A stretch of DNA of 63,998 nucleotides, counting the filler, from Octopus bimaculoides (Eukaryota): NCBI RefSeq assembly GCF_001194135.2. It is 5 parts of 5 records of this genome, joined end to end, with 100 filler letters (N's around TTAATTAATTAA, not from the genome) between each part and the next. Parts side by side here need not be neighbours in the genome. Positions count along the whole stretch, not along the records: positions 62,926 to 63,998 come from NW_026427163.1; 4 more parts are not named here. One strand, given 5' to 3'. Position numbers and translations under genes: made by a program. How positions within the stretch are numbered: the first letter of the stretch is position 1; each line of letters begins with the position of its first letter. Below the pieces are notes generated by a model. That model saw only the letters and a list, made by a program, of their open reading frames with translations. It searched no databases and was not told the DNA's origin. Of the stretch, positions 63,394-63,998 are shown piece by piece.

Positions 63394-63934
63394 CGGACAT
63401 GACATTAGGAGTAAATGAGAAGAGACAGACAGAAAGAGAGAGAGATAAAGTGTGTGTGTTTTGTGAGAGATAGACAGATGTGATGTTACAAAGAGAGGGA
63501 GAGAGAGAGGTGTGACGGAGAGTGTAACGTCCAGTGAATGAGAGAGAGAGAGAGAGGGGTGGATTTAGAAAGGAGGTCCAAAGAGAGAGAGAGAGAGAGC
63601 GTGTTTGCAGTTGTAACATTAGGAAGTGTGTGTCACATGGAAGTGCGTATTGTATAAGAGAGCCAGTGTATATATATATATATATATATATACATGCAGC
63701 TAGATGGATGTGTCCCTATATATATATATACATACACACGTCTGTATGTCTGTCAATATGGATGTGTTTTAATATGCACGTGCGCATACATCTATATACA
63801 CACACACATATGTATAGATACACACAGACACACAAACATACATACACACATACATATATAACACACACACACATATATATATATACACAGACACATACAT
63901 GCATAGATATATATACAGATATACGAACATATAT

Positions 63935-63967
<33 letters not shown>

Positions 63968-63998
63968 CAAACATATACATACACACATACATATACAC

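Overview
Eukaryotic, AT-rich, repeat-saturated draft-assembly DNA. The SINE/LINE repertoire and microsatellite load resemble an octopus (coleoid cephalopod) genome; this is inferred, not searched. Four artificial 100-nt scaffold joins (N44-TTAATTAATTAA-N44) split the window into five pieces. I found two spliced gene fragments, both missed or only partly shown by the ORF track: four + strand exons of a MEGF8 orthologue (EGF/laminin-EGF region, 30917-38616) and four - strand exons of an MSL3 orthologue (chromo-barrel domain, acidic linker and start of the MRG domain, 56727-51147). Every internal junction is GT-AG and in frame, and neither gene is complete here. The rest is transposon debris (mariner/Tc1, piggyBac/hAT/Tigger MITEs, Helitron, RTE, R4/Dong-like and Tx1-like LINEs, several tRNA-derived SINE families), microsatellites and gaps. 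Three signals stand out. (1) At least ten type I hammerhead-ribozyme-like motifs occur, apparently Penelope-like element termini: one has an intact core, one sits behind a GIY-YIG remnant, one family has a CUGUUGA core, and three inverted-repeat elements carry outward-facing hammerheads on both arms. (2) Two ~95% identical inverted RTE fragments bracket a 345-nt, phase-0-to-phase-0, stop-free three-exon MSL3 cassette, a classic circRNA/ADAR architecture. (3) A CpG-depleted domain coincides with the two gene bodies. No CRISPR, rRNA or true tRNA genes were found. All alignments and folds were done by eye.
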